In this document: in pieces, positions 19,880 through 29,476 of the stretch
Layout of the letters: each line of letters starts with the position of its first letter
Numbering within the stretch: the stretch's first letter is position 1
DNA from: Acidimicrobiia bacterium
GTDB lineage: Bacteria > Actinomycetota > Acidimicrobiia > Spongiisociales > Spongiisociaceae
Length of the DNA stretch: 64,000 bases
Reading direction: 5' to 3'
Assembly: GCA_963663955.1 (NCBI GenBank)
Contig: OY760694.1
Location: forward strand, 1,158,327-1,222,326
Made by a program: the position numbers and the translations under genes
Notes under the pieces: model-generated
Database searches by the model: none
The model's input: only the letters and a program-made list of their open reading frames with translations
Told to the model about the DNA's origin: nothing

Positions 19880-20950
19880 TCAGGAATCGGGATTGGGTGC
19901 CTGAGACACGTTGCCGGGTACGTATCCCAGCTTCTTGTCGACCACGTTGAGAAGGGGCTGACCGGTCAACCACCGATCGAGATTCTCCAAGAACTGATCC
20001 GCCAGCGCTTCGAGCCAGCCGTGGAAGTCAGCTGACATGTGAGGTGAAACTATAACGTTGGGCATGGCCCACAATGGACTATCGACCGGCAGCGGCTCGG
20101 TTTGGAAAACGTCCAGCGCAGCTCCCGCGAGCGAGCCGCTCTGAAGCGCGCCGATCAGGGCGTCCTCATCCAGCAGTTGACCTCTACCTACATTGATCAA
20201 CCGTGCCGAGGTTTTCATGAGCTTCAATTGCTTGGCGCCGATGATCCCCCGCGTGTGGTCGGTCAGTGGCAGCACGAGAATCACGAAGTCTGCGTGGGGC
20301 AGCAACAGTTCAAGGTCGTCGATAGAACGGACCAGACCGAAGTCCTTGTCTTGCCTTTCAGAGGTCGCCATCCCGATCACTTCGACCCCGAGCGATGCAG
20401 CGCTACGACCTATCGCCCGGCCGATCTCACCCGCTCCGATTATCAGTGCGTTCCGGCCCGCCAGCATCTCATTGTCCCGATGGAGCCACCTACGTTGGGA
20501 CTGAAGGGACAGGGTTGTGATCATGTCCTTGGCGAACACCAGCATCATTCCGACGACTGTTTCCGCGATGGCTTGATTGAACACGCCGCGTGCGTTGGTG
20601 ACCACAACGTTGCTGGAAGCGATCTCGGGAGTCATCACCGCGTCTACCCCGGCTGCGGCGACATGGATCCACTCAAGAGTACGGGCTCGGCCGAAGTTTT
20701 CTCGAAGCAGATCTGATCTAAAGTTCCAGAGGAGCACGATCTTTGCCTTGTGGAGCACTTCCCTCAGTTGCGTTTCCGTACGTACGTGATGGATTGCAAC
20801 TTTGTGCGCAACGGTCTCCAGTCCTGGAGGGAGCCGGCCGTCAAGTTTACCGATCACTACCAATCCGGGCGGCGAGTCGGGGCGGTGGGTAAGCATGCGT
20901 TCGTTCATAGAGACGATTCTACGGTAGCTAATACGGTCGACAATCGACAA
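19880..20950 (-). CDS. D-isomer-specific 2-hydroxyacid dehydrogenase (NAD-binding)
   Basis: NAD-binding GAGEIG motif and the catalytic R/E/H arrangement. The start could instead be the internal MNERML (about 20908). Confidence 0.8.
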   Translation of the reverse strand: MSIVDRISYRRIVSMNERMLTHRPDSPPGLVVIGKLDGRLPPGLETVAHKVAIHHVRTETQLREVLHKAKIVLLWNFRSDLLRENFGRARTLEWIHVAAAGVDAVMTPEIASSNVVVTNARGVFNQAIAETVVGMMLVFAKDMITTLSLQSQRRWLHRDNEMLAGRNALIIGAGEIGRAIGRSAASLGVEVIGMATSERQDKDFGLVRSIDDLELLLPHADFVILVLPLTDHTRGIIGAKQLKLMKTSARLINVGRGQLLDEDALIGALQSGSLAGAALDVFQTEPLPVDSPLWAMPNVIVSPHMSADFHGWLEALADQFLENLDRWLTGQPLLNVVDKKLGYVPGNVSQAPNPDS

Positions 20951-21056
20951 TATGCAGTGTGCCCGCTAGAGTGCTTCCAAGCAGTACCTCCTGAAGTAAG
21001 GGTGATGGCGGGTTAGACCTAGACGATGAGACGATCCAAACGCGCATCAGCACGCC

Positions 21057-21743
21057 ATGCATGGTAGGCAAGAATCAGGTCTAGACCAGCTGGAGCCTAT
21101 CGCCCGCGCCCCGACCGCTCTGATAATCGCCCGTAGGATTCGCAGGGCGATCCGCGATGGGACTCTCTTGCCAGGTACCCGGATGGTCGAGACACGCCTG
21201 GCTGAGCAGCTTGGCGTGAGCCGTGCCCCGGTCCGTGAGGCCCTACAACGCTTGATCCAGGAAGGCCTGGCCGTTAACAAGAGACGTGGCGTGTTCATCA
21301 GGGAGCTGACGAGTGAAGACGTACTGGACGTGTATCTAGCCCGAACGGCGTGCGAAACGGCCGCAGCCGAATCGATAATGCAGTCGCCCGATGATGTGGA
21401 TTGGAGTGTCCTGGAAGCTGCTCTGAGGTCACTGGAGGCGGCTGCCGAAGTGTCGAATCTCCGCTCGACTCTGGAGGCTGATCGCTTCTTCCACGAGCAA
21501 CTTGTGGAGGCGGCAGGCAGTCCTAGGTTGACAAGAATGTTCGCTACGTTGCTTGTTGAGACGGCCATCTGCCTTCGTCGTCTGGAAGGCGCGTACACGG
21601 AGGCAACTCACTTGGTTGAAGAGCATCGACGCATTCTTACGGCCCTAAGAGCGGGTGACCGGGAAGAGGTCTCGCGAGCGATCACAGCACACATGAACGA
21701 CGCAATCCATCACCTAACCGACAGGAACTCTGGAAGTTCGTAA
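21057..21743 (+). CDS. GntR-family transcriptional regulator (FadR/FCD subfamily)
   Basis: N-terminal winged HTH (RLAEQLGVSRAPVREAL) plus an FCD ligand-binding domain. Confidence 0.85.
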   Translation: MHGRQESGLDQLEPIARAPTALIIARRIRRAIRDGTLLPGTRMVETRLAEQLGVSRAPVREALQRLIQEGLAVNKRRGVFIRELTSEDVLDVYLARTACETAAAESIMQSPDDVDWSVLEAALRSLEAAAEVSNLRSTLEADRFFHEQLVEAAGSPRLTRMFATLLVETAICLRRLEGAYTEATHLVEEHRRILTALRAGDREEVSRAITAHMNDAIHHLTDRNSGSS

Positions 21744-22130
21744 GGTTAGGGCCGTACTGCTGAGAGTGGTGTCATCGCGTCGATGTCGTCGGTCGTCACG
21801 TTGATGACGGAAGGAACGAGGTACCTGAATCGTCCAGGCTTCCTCGTAGACTCTCTTGGACCCGGTATTTGAATGCCCTGGTAGGTTTGGTTGCGATGGC
21901 ACCTGCATATCCGTTAGATGGTTCGAGGGACTCCGGTACCGACCCGGCCTGCCACACTTGCCTATGGTGGGAACACCTTCCAACTCCGGATCTCGCCGCC
22001 GGCACGGGGTGGTGTCGCCGGTTTCCGCCCTGTCCAACCTGGCCGGTGACAGCGGCCCATGATTGGTGCGGCGAGTACCGGAGGAATGCGAGGACAGTCC
22101 GTATATCGGGCCAGATCCAACTCGGTATCT

Positions 22131-22336
22131 AGCCCTGATTATTCAGGTTTCCCACACACCGAGGCATACAAAGCCAGTTCCACCCGAGTATTGGGAGCAA
22201 CCCACCCGTTCACCCGACAGGTGAATCTCTACACCGGACCGGGATATAAACACCGATAGCTGTATCACCTGGTCAGGGCCGCGAATATGGTCTACTCCAC
22301 TCATCCTCCAAACCTCCATCCATGAATAATCGGGGC
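22131..22336 (-). mobile_element. MITE copy C
   Basis: Inverted orientation, TA flanks. It lies about 200 bp upstream of vapB. Confidence 0.85.
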
Positions 22337-22544
22337 TAAGTAAGGCATTACTGTCGGATGTACGTCGGGAGTTCAGGGTGGTGACCACAAATGATCGGGG
22401 CTCTGTTCTGGATTCCCTGCGCGTGCCGAACACACAAGTCGGTTTCGCCTTGCCACTAAACACTGCCATTTTTCGCTCTCAGTGCCCTGTCTGGTGTATC
22501 GGTTGGACATGTCCTAGAAAACCCCATGTGCTACTATGTAGAAC

Positions 22545-22820
22545 ATGGAAGCGGTAGGGATAAGAGAACTGAAACAGAATGCTTCGGCGGTGGTGGCTCG
22601 GGTGGCGGCGGGTGAGGCGCTGACCGTAACGCGTCGCGGCCAACCCGTTGCCCGGATGGTTCCACTCGCCGAGGACCGGATCAGGACGTTGATCGATTCC
22701 GGACTCGCACGACCGGCGCGTCGATCCGGGGCGGATCTGCCGTTACCAGTTTCCCTGGGGGAGGACCGGCCTGCTCCGTCGAAGGTGCTGGAGGAGATGC
22801 GCGAAGCCGAGCGCTTCTGA
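22545..22820 (+). CDS. vapB: Type II antitoxin, Phd/YefM-type (VapB)
   Basis: 91 aa. The N-terminus MEAVGIRELKQNASAVVARVAAGEALTVTRRGQPVARMVP is a classic Phd/YefM fold. It sits 4 bp upstream of the PIN toxin gene. Confidence 0.8.
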   Translation: MEAVGIRELKQNASAVVARVAAGEALTVTRRGQPVARMVPLAEDRIRTLIDSGLARPARRSGADLPLPVSLGEDRPAPSKVLEEMREAERF

Positions 22821-22823
22821 CCT

Positions 22824-23213
22824 TTGTTCTATCTGGACACATCCGCAGCGATAAAGTTGATCTTCATCGAGTCGGGCTCGACGGCTCTTCGAAGATGGTG
22901 GGAGTCCTCTCATTCCGAGGTGGTATCGAGTGACCTCCTGCGGACCGAGTTGACCAGGGTGGTGCAGAGGGTGGATCCGAACCGAATGGTCGAAGCGACC
23001 GTGCTGCTTGATGCGCTGGTGTTGTTGAAACTGTCGACCACGGTGTGCCGACGGGCCGGGATGCTACGACCGGCAGTTCTGCGCAGTCTGGACGCCTTGC
23101 ACCTCGCTGCGGCTTTGGAGTTGGGTGATGAGATGGCAGGTCTGGTTAGCTATGACCGGAGATTGAACGCCGCCGCCAGGGCTTCGGGGATTCCGGTTAT
23201 CAGTCCCTCTTAG
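22824..23213 (+). CDS. vapC: PIN-domain toxin VapC
   Basis: 129 aa with PIN acidic residues (LDTSA, DALHLAAA, YD). The TAG stop is created by the TA target site plus the first G of MITE copy D. Confidence 0.85.
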   Translation: MFYLDTSAAIKLIFIESGSTALRRWWESSHSEVVSSDLLRTELTRVVQRVDPNRMVEATVLLDALVLLKLSTTVCRRAGMLRPAVLRSLDALHLAAALELGDEMAGLVSYDRRLNAAARASGIPVISPS

Positions 23214-23416
23214 CCCTGATTATTCAGGTTTCCCACAAACCGACGCATGGAACGCCCGTTCAACATAAGTATTAGGATAAATCCAGCCTTCACCCGCGGG
23301 TGACCCTCCAACACCGGTCCGGGATGGGAAACACGATAGCTGTATTGCCTGTTCAGGGGCGTGATTACGGCGTAATCGACTCATCTGTCAAACCCCCATC
23401 CATGAATAATCGGGGT
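23213..23416 (-). mobile_element. MITE copy D
   Basis: TA flanks at 23211-12 and 23417-18, same orientation as copy C. Confidence 0.85.
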
Positions 23417-23581
23417 TAGGTGATCCGAGGCAACGTACCCGGAGCAAACCGACCCTATCCGGGTTGCTCAGCACCGGATGGGTCGATCTCACCGGTTTAC
23501 ATAGTCGCCGAACTTCTCGGTCGGCGTGAAGAACCGGAAACCGACTGTGGACGAGTTCTTAGGGTCTCCACGCCGTGATCA

Positions 23582-24325
23582 TCAGGAATGATCGGAACCC
23601 ATCTCCGGCGGTCCGCTACGGGTTGGAGCGGCCAGGATCCGGTTGCCTGTCTTCGATAAGGCTGCGGCAAAGAGGCCTGACGGTACCGCGACGATACCTA
23701 AGCCTATAAGCACGAGGACCATGGCCAGGATCTTGCCGGGAACCGTGACAGGCGCTATTCCTTCGGCGCCCATGGTTAGGGAAGCCACCGACCAGTAGAC
23801 ACACTCGAAGAGGTTGCTGTAGGCCTCGTTTCTCTCATGCTCGAACTCCCATATTCCGTACGCCGCGATGAATGACATTACGGCGGTCACCCCCGAGTAG
23901 AGGGCTAGTTCATCCTTGATGTCGTCGAACGCCGCGGAGAAGCGGTCAACGGCCGCGCTGTATCGGGCCAGCTTCAGGACCCGCAGTGACCGCAGGATGC
24001 GTAGCGGCTTGGCGGCAGCCAAGGCCGGTATGGACGCGAGACCGGCGACGACCGCTAGCAAGTCAACGATGCCGTAGAACGACCGAAGGTAGCGAATGGG
24101 ATGCTCTGCCGAGATAATACGCAGTACGTATTCAATGGAGAACACCAGCCAGAAGACCAGTTCGGCAATCAGTATCCAAGAATAGGTCCCGGTGGTTTCC
24201 TCGACCGTCGTGGAGTACACCAGGAGAATCAGCGACAAGATGACGGTGATCCCGGAGGTAGCCTCGGCAACCCGTCCCCGGGTCGTGTCTAGGCTGAATA
24301 ACTGATCCTTTAGCCCGACACCCAT
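23582..24325 (-). CDS. Ion transport protein (voltage-gated cation channel family)
   Basis: S4-like segment RILRSLRVLKLAR and a pore helix. The filter reads TMGAEG rather than the K+-selective TVGYG. Confidence 0.7.
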   Translation of the reverse strand: MGVGLKDQLFSLDTTRGRVAEATSGITVILSLILLVYSTTVEETTGTYSWILIAELVFWLVFSIEYVLRIISAEHPIRYLRSFYGIVDLLAVVAGLASIPALAAAKPLRILRSLRVLKLARYSAAVDRFSAAFDDIKDELALYSGVTAVMSFIAAYGIWEFEHERNEAYSNLFECVYWSVASLTMGAEGIAPVTVPGKILAMVLVLIGLGIVAVPSGLFAAALSKTGNRILAAPTRSGPPEMGSDHS

Positions 24326-24326
24326 C

Positions 24327-25544
24327 TCAGCTTGTCCCGCCGACTACGAGCGTGTGGAACAGGGCAGCATCCATTACCGGAATACCCGCCGCGCGTGCTT
24401 TGCCAGCCTTGCCGGAGCGCGATAAAGGATCGCCCGCCACCAGAAGCCGGCACTTCCGGGTTACCGTCTTGACCGGTTGGAGTCCCTTCTGACGCGCCAG
24501 GTGCTCCAATTCCTTCCGGTGGATCCGGTTCCCGTCGATGATGACAACACCGGTGAAGCAGACCTTCATACCGGGGAGTAACTCGAGCGGATGCTCGGGA
24601 GGTTCGTAAGCGTCATCAAGGACCGGTTCAGGGCGGTCGATCATCAACGCCGCCGCCACCTTGTCGTGCAAGTTGCGTTCTTCCCGGGTGACGATCCCGT
24701 CAGCCAGGATCCGGCGGACCAAGAGTTCGTAGTATCGCCGGTGGAGATCCTCCCGATGGGTGTCGTCGAGGCGGAGGGCGTAGGCGGTCGAAGTGAGCCA
24801 GGCCTGCTCCTTGGAGGTCAAGATTCCGTCGTCGAGGCAGCGGTCAAGCGTGTCGAGGTACAGCACCTCTGACTCTCGTGTGGTTCGAGGCCAAGCGGTT
24901 CGCAGCGCCAGCATGCTCAACGCCCCTCGGCGGGCCGGCGCTCCCGGGCGTCTGACCGTGAAGTTGGCCGGACGGTCGGTGGTATCGCAGGTCGCCCTGC
25001 GCAGGTCGGGATTCGCCCAATGGTCCAACCGGTTGATCAGCATCCGGGCGACCACCCTCGCGTCACCCAACGCGGTGTGGTCGGGCTGGGAGATGCCCGC
25101 CTCCTGAGCCGCGAGTGAGAGTTTCTTCTTGGTCATCCGGTAGCTGCATATCCCATTACCCGGATCTAGGGTCATGGTGGGAACTCGTTCGATCTCCTGG
25201 CGCAGCATCCGCAGGTCGAAGCTGATGTTGTGGGCTACCAGCATCGCTCCGTTAAGGCGGGTGGCGATGTCTCCCGCCAAGGACTCGAATTCCGGCGCTG
25301 TCTCCAGAATCGACGGCGTGATCCCGTGGATATGTACCGGACCGGGGTCCCGGTTGGGCTGGACTAATGTCTCGTATTCCTCGACGATCTCGCCGTCGAG
25401 AACTGTCACACATGCGAATTCCACTATGCGGTCGTATCGAGAAAAACCGGTGGTCTCGGTGTCGATGACCGCAAACCGGACTTCTCCGCCGCCGTTTCCA
25501 AATGGGCTTTCCATGTCTCTCCCCAACTCCTCGTCTTCTCTCAA
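24327..25544 (-). CDS. DEDDh 3'-5' exonuclease (DnaQ-like) with a C-terminal BRCT domain
   Basis: Exo I FAVIDTETTG, Exo II LVAHNISFD, Exo III HTALGDA. The C-terminal region is BRCT-like. Confidence 0.8.
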   Translation of the reverse strand: MREDEELGRDMESPFGNGGGEVRFAVIDTETTGFSRYDRIVEFACVTVLDGEIVEEYETLVQPNRDPGPVHIHGITPSILETAPEFESLAGDIATRLNGAMLVAHNISFDLRMLRQEIERVPTMTLDPGNGICSYRMTKKKLSLAAQEAGISQPDHTALGDARVVARMLINRLDHWANPDLRRATCDTTDRPANFTVRRPGAPARRGALSMLALRTAWPRTTRESEVLYLDTLDRCLDDGILTSKEQAWLTSTAYALRLDDTHREDLHRRYYELLVRRILADGIVTREERNLHDKVAAALMIDRPEPVLDDAYEPPEHPLELLPGMKVCFTGVVIIDGNRIHRKELEHLARQKGLQPVKTVTRKCRLLVAGDPLSRSGKAGKARAAGIPVMDAALFHTLVVGGTS

Positions 25545-25741
25545 TTCCTCCGATCCGCCTCCACCTTAGGAACGGTATGTGACATGCCCCCGCACACCAC
25601 CCAGGCCGGGCTCCCACCGACTCGGGGTACGGATTAGGAGGAATCGCATGCCGAGACGACCACTGGGCTGGATCACGGGGATACCAGCAGGCCGTCTTGC
25701 GGTGTAATGCTCTGAACTGCTGACGAGGGTGCGCATCCGTT

Positions 25742-25855
25742 GGGGGAGTGTCACTGCCGAGTGGCATCATGGATTCCACCGGAAGGAGGATTTCATGGCT
25801 GTTGAAATGGCGATCTGGCGAATGACCGATTCGGGGCCGCGCCAACTTGCGTTGG
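25742..25855 (+). repeat. Repeat family 2, copy 1 (about 110 bp)
   Basis: About 75% identical to 29322-29425. Shared core: GTGTCAC..CC.AGTGGCATCATGGA.TC...GAGGA.T.A(A)ATGG.TGT.GA.ATGGCGATCTGGCG.ATGACCGA...GG.CCGCG. Confidence 0.6.
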
Positions 25856-26174
25856 CGCCGCTGCCTCAGACGACCCGGAGCTGACCGAGATGGTCGTCCC
25901 GGTCGAATGGTTCGCCACACGGCCCCTTGAGCAGGCGGTTTTGGGAGAAAGGCCTTTTCGCCTCACAGGTCACCGTCTGCAAACTGCGCGACGAGAACAC
26001 AATCAAGACGGTCGAGTCGGCGTTCGGGCTCGACTCTCCAATTGACTGATCGACCGGCCCTCAAGCCAGTGTCCCACGGCTTGCTTAGTGGACTGCCCCC
26101 ATTGCTGCTCGTCCGTTTAGGGGGGCTGATGATGGGAAGGAGGAGCCGCGAAGGTTCTCCAGAAGGTATAGCTA

Positions 26175-26379
26175 GCCCTGATTATTCAGGTTTCCTACAC
26201 ACCGAGGCATGTAACGCCGGTTCAACCCGAGTATCAGGATCACTCCACGGTTCACCCGACAGGTGGACCTCGCACACCGGACCGGGACGGGAAACGCTGA
26301 TAGCTGTATTGCCTGGTCAGGGTGAGATTATGCCCTACTCCACTCATCCTCCAAGCCCCCATCCGTGAATAATCAGGGC
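26175..26379 (-). mobile_element. MITE copy E
   Basis: TA flanks at 26173-74 and 26380-81. Confidence 0.85.
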
Positions 26380-26463
26380 TAGAGTCTTCGACTTTCCTAG
26401 ACGGGGTCGAACGGCTTCCGGGCACGGGGGAGTAGGAGGTAGAACGGTATGGACCTCGGCAGG

Positions 26464-28347
26464 CTAGAGCGCGTGAATGTCAGGGATGCGTGGCAGCACG
26501 AGGCGTTTCTTGTTGCGGCCGCGTACCCCGGCCTCGAGAACCACCTTACGGAGGCGAAGGAAGTGCGGGGTGACCTCAACGCACTCGTCATCGGCAATGA
26601 ATTCAAGAGCTTGCTCGAGCGACAGGATGCGAGGTGGAGTCAGACGGACGGTGTCGTCGGAAGCGGCGGCGCGCACGTTGGTCTGTTTCTTCTCACGGCA
26701 GATGTTGACGTTCATATCGTCGCGCCGCGGGTTCTCGCCGATAACCATGCCCTCGTAGACCTCGTCGCCGGGAGTGACGAACAGCGAAGTCCGGTCCTGC
26801 AGGGCGGCAACGGCGTAAGCCGTGACCGCGCCCCTGCGATCGGCGACTATCGAGCCTGAGCGGCGAGAGCGAAGCTCCCCCAACCACGGGGTGTAGCCTT
26901 CGAACACGCTGCCCATGAGGCCGGTGCCACGAGTCTCCGTGAGAAACTCGGTGCGGAAGCCGATGAGTCCACGGGCCGCCACGATGTAGTCGAGACGAAC
27001 CCATCCGGTGCCGTGGTTCGACATGTTCACCATGCGGGCCTTACGCTCGCCGAGGAGTTGGGTTGTCGCACCGACGAAGTCCTCGGGGACATCAATGGTG
27101 ATGCGCTCGGTCGGCTCGTGGAGGCGTCCTCCGACGGTTCGTGTGACGACTTCGGGCTTGCCGACGGTCATCTCAAAGCCCTCACGACGCATGATTTCCA
27201 CTAACACGGCGAGTTGAAGCTCGCCCCGTCCCTGAACTTCCCAGGTGTCGGGACGGTCGGTGTCCGACACTCGGATCGACACGTTGCCGACCAGTTCGGC
27301 ATCGAGACGGTTCTTGATGAGGCGGGCGGTCACCTTTTCACCGTCTAGTCCAGCCATTGGCGACGTATTGGTACCGATCGTCATCGAGAGGCTCGGCTCC
27401 TCCACCGCGATCACAGGAAGAGGAACGGGCTTGGCGAGATCGGCGAGTGTCTCACCGATGGTGATGTCGGGGATGCCGGAAATGGCGATGATCTCGCCGG
27501 CGTCGGCGTCGTAAGAATCTACTCGGTCGAGGCTCTCGGTGACATATAGGTCGGTGATCTTGGCTGTGGTGGTTGCTCCGTCGCTGCGGCACCACGCCAC
27601 GTATTGACCCTTCTTGATGGTTCCGTGGATGATGCGACAAATCGCGATGCGGCCGACATACGGGCTGGAATCGAGGTCGGTGACCCAGGCTTGGAGTGGA
27701 TGCTCCGGATCGTGGCGAGGTGGCTGGACGGTCTCAAGTAGCGTTTCGAACATGGGCCGCAGGTCGATGCCCGGCTGCAGGGGATCCAGCGTTGCAGTGC
27801 CACGGCGAGCGTTCGTGTAGACGATCGGAAAGTCGATCTGATGTTCTTTGGCGTCGAGGTCGAAGAACAACTCGTACACCTCGTCGACGACTTCGGAGAT
27901 ACGGGCATCAGGCCGATCGATCTTGTTGATCACCAACACGACGGGCAGGTCGAGTGCCAGCGCCTTGCGGAGCACGAACCGTGTCTGTGGTAGCGGACCC
28001 TCGCTCGAGTCCACCAGGAGGAGTACCCCGTCGACCATCGTCAGTGCCCGCTCTACCTCACCACCGAAATCAGAGTGCCCGGGTGTGTCGACGATGTTGA
28101 TCTTGATCTCCTCGCCGCTGTCGCGGACGTAGCGGACGGCGGTATTCTTGGCGAGGATCGTGATGCCCTTTTCCCTCTCTAGGTCCATCGAGTCCATAAC
28201 GCGCTCGGCGACCGTCTCATTGGCCCGAAAGGCGCCGGACTGCCAGAGCATGGCATCCACGAGGGTCGTCTTGCCGTGATCGACATGAGCGATGATTGCC
28301 ACGTTGCGCAGGTCTGCACGCGCGACCAGATGTCGGGATTCAGCCAT
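26464..28347 (-). CDS. typA: Translational GTPase TypA/BipA
   Basis: 627 aa. G-domain motifs AHVDHGKTT and DTPGH, plus EF-G-like domains II, III and V and the BipA C-terminal domain. Confidence 0.95.
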   Translation of the reverse strand: MAESRHLVARADLRNVAIIAHVDHGKTTLVDAMLWQSGAFRANETVAERVMDSMDLEREKGITILAKNTAVRYVRDSGEEIKINIVDTPGHSDFGGEVERALTMVDGVLLLVDSSEGPLPQTRFVLRKALALDLPVVLVINKIDRPDARISEVVDEVYELFFDLDAKEHQIDFPIVYTNARRGTATLDPLQPGIDLRPMFETLLETVQPPRHDPEHPLQAWVTDLDSSPYVGRIAICRIIHGTIKKGQYVAWCRSDGATTTAKITDLYVTESLDRVDSYDADAGEIIAISGIPDITIGETLADLAKPVPLPVIAVEEPSLSMTIGTNTSPMAGLDGEKVTARLIKNRLDAELVGNVSIRVSDTDRPDTWEVQGRGELQLAVLVEIMRREGFEMTVGKPEVVTRTVGGRLHEPTERITIDVPEDFVGATTQLLGERKARMVNMSNHGTGWVRLDYIVAARGLIGFRTEFLTETRGTGLMGSVFEGYTPWLGELRSRRSGSIVADRRGAVTAYAVAALQDRTSLFVTPGDEVYEGMVIGENPRRDDMNVNICREKKQTNVRAAASDDTVRLTPPRILSLEQALEFIADDECVEVTPHFLRLRKVVLEAGVRGRNKKRLVLPRIPDIHAL

Positions 28348-29037
28348 TGGGCCACGTCCAAGGGGTGGTATACGGGTGGGGTTGCTACGGCTCCGTCGCT
28401 TGCGGATTCAACTCGACGAAGCGTCGGGCCGAACATGGAGGGCTAGTCTCGCGCAGCGCCGCCCACCTTCGTGGTTGGTTATAACACCTAAGAAGACTAG
28501 CGGATAGGCGGAGCGCGCTCGCCCGCGTAGTCACTTCGACGCGACTGCCGGTCACTAAACCCAAGGTCATCGTAGTCGGCTCTTGACCTGTCGCAGCCGC
28601 CGTTCGTCACCGAGGCCGACGGCAACCCGTTTCCTTAAGACGGTTATTCCCAGTCGCAAGGCGATGAGATACTATTGGGGGAGGTAGACCCGTGAACTAC
28701 GAACTGATTTACGAAGAGCGCCTTCCCTCCTCCAACCACGCACTCCGGCAGTCTGTGGACTCCGGGAGCTGACGCCTCTGGATCAATGGTCGTTAACCGC
28801 GGGCCCGCTTGACGCTGATAGCCGCCCAATAGGGGAATGCCAGACCACATACCCAGTACCGATCGAAGATAGCCTCGGTCAGAAGCACGATTAGGGCCAC
28901 CTTCGTTGGTCATTTGGCCCGGGCCATCCCGGAAGGAAAGCGGTTCGGTGTAGGTCGGCCTCTAGCCGGCCGGTCGTGGTCCGCCTTGGTAACCCCCGGG
29001 CGGACCAGCACGCCTGAACGGTCCACCAGACGGGTTA

Positions 29038-29240
29038 GCCCCGATTATTCATGGTGGGGGTTTGGAGGATGCGTGGGATAGGCCATATTCGCGTCCTGAA
29101 CAGGCAATACCGCTAACGGCGTTTTCCGTCTGGGTCCGGTGTGCAGAGGCGCCTGCAGGGTGAACGGTGGGTTTATCCTGATACTCGGGTTGATCTGGCG
29201 TTACATGCCTCGGTGTGTGGGAAACCTGAATAATCAGGGC
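29038..29240 (+). mobile_element. MITE copy F
   Basis: TA flanks at 29036-37 and 29241-42. Confidence 0.85.
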
Positions 29241-29321
29241 TAGCCACACCCGTTCGTGATGACCGTCCGGTAGAACCATCATCCGCTACAAATCCTCAAG
29301 TACTGCCTCGGCTGTCCGCCC

Positions 29322-29425
29322 TGGGTGAGTGTCACAACCCAGTGGCATCATGGAATCTCCAGTGGCGAGAGGACTCAAATGGTTGTAGATGGCGATCTGG
29401 CGGATGACCGAAGCCGGACCGCGAA
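29322..29425 (+). repeat. Repeat family 2, copy 2
   Basis: Homologous to 25742-25855. It lies about 80 bp after MITE copy F. Confidence 0.6.
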
Positions 29426-29476
29426 GTGTCCTAGCTATGTCAGCAGCAGGACAAAACTTGATAAGTCACGGGATCA

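Noticed and set aside
10964-26368. A recurring peptide (SPDYSGFPHTEA.NASSTRVLG..H.SPDR) translated from several MITE copies, which could be a small conserved protein family.
   Set aside because: Conservation is at the nucleotide level and concentrated at the termini. The central region has indels that break the frame between copies. No consistent start or RBS exists. TIRs and TA flanks explain the repeats better.
28348-29036. 690-bp gene-free region upstream of typA, as a possible ncRNA or small gene (for example the 89-aa ORF 28644-28913).
   Set aside because: I found no recognisable RNA-family motif, terminator-bounded unit or convincing coding signal. It is left unannotated, though it may hold the typA promoter and leader.
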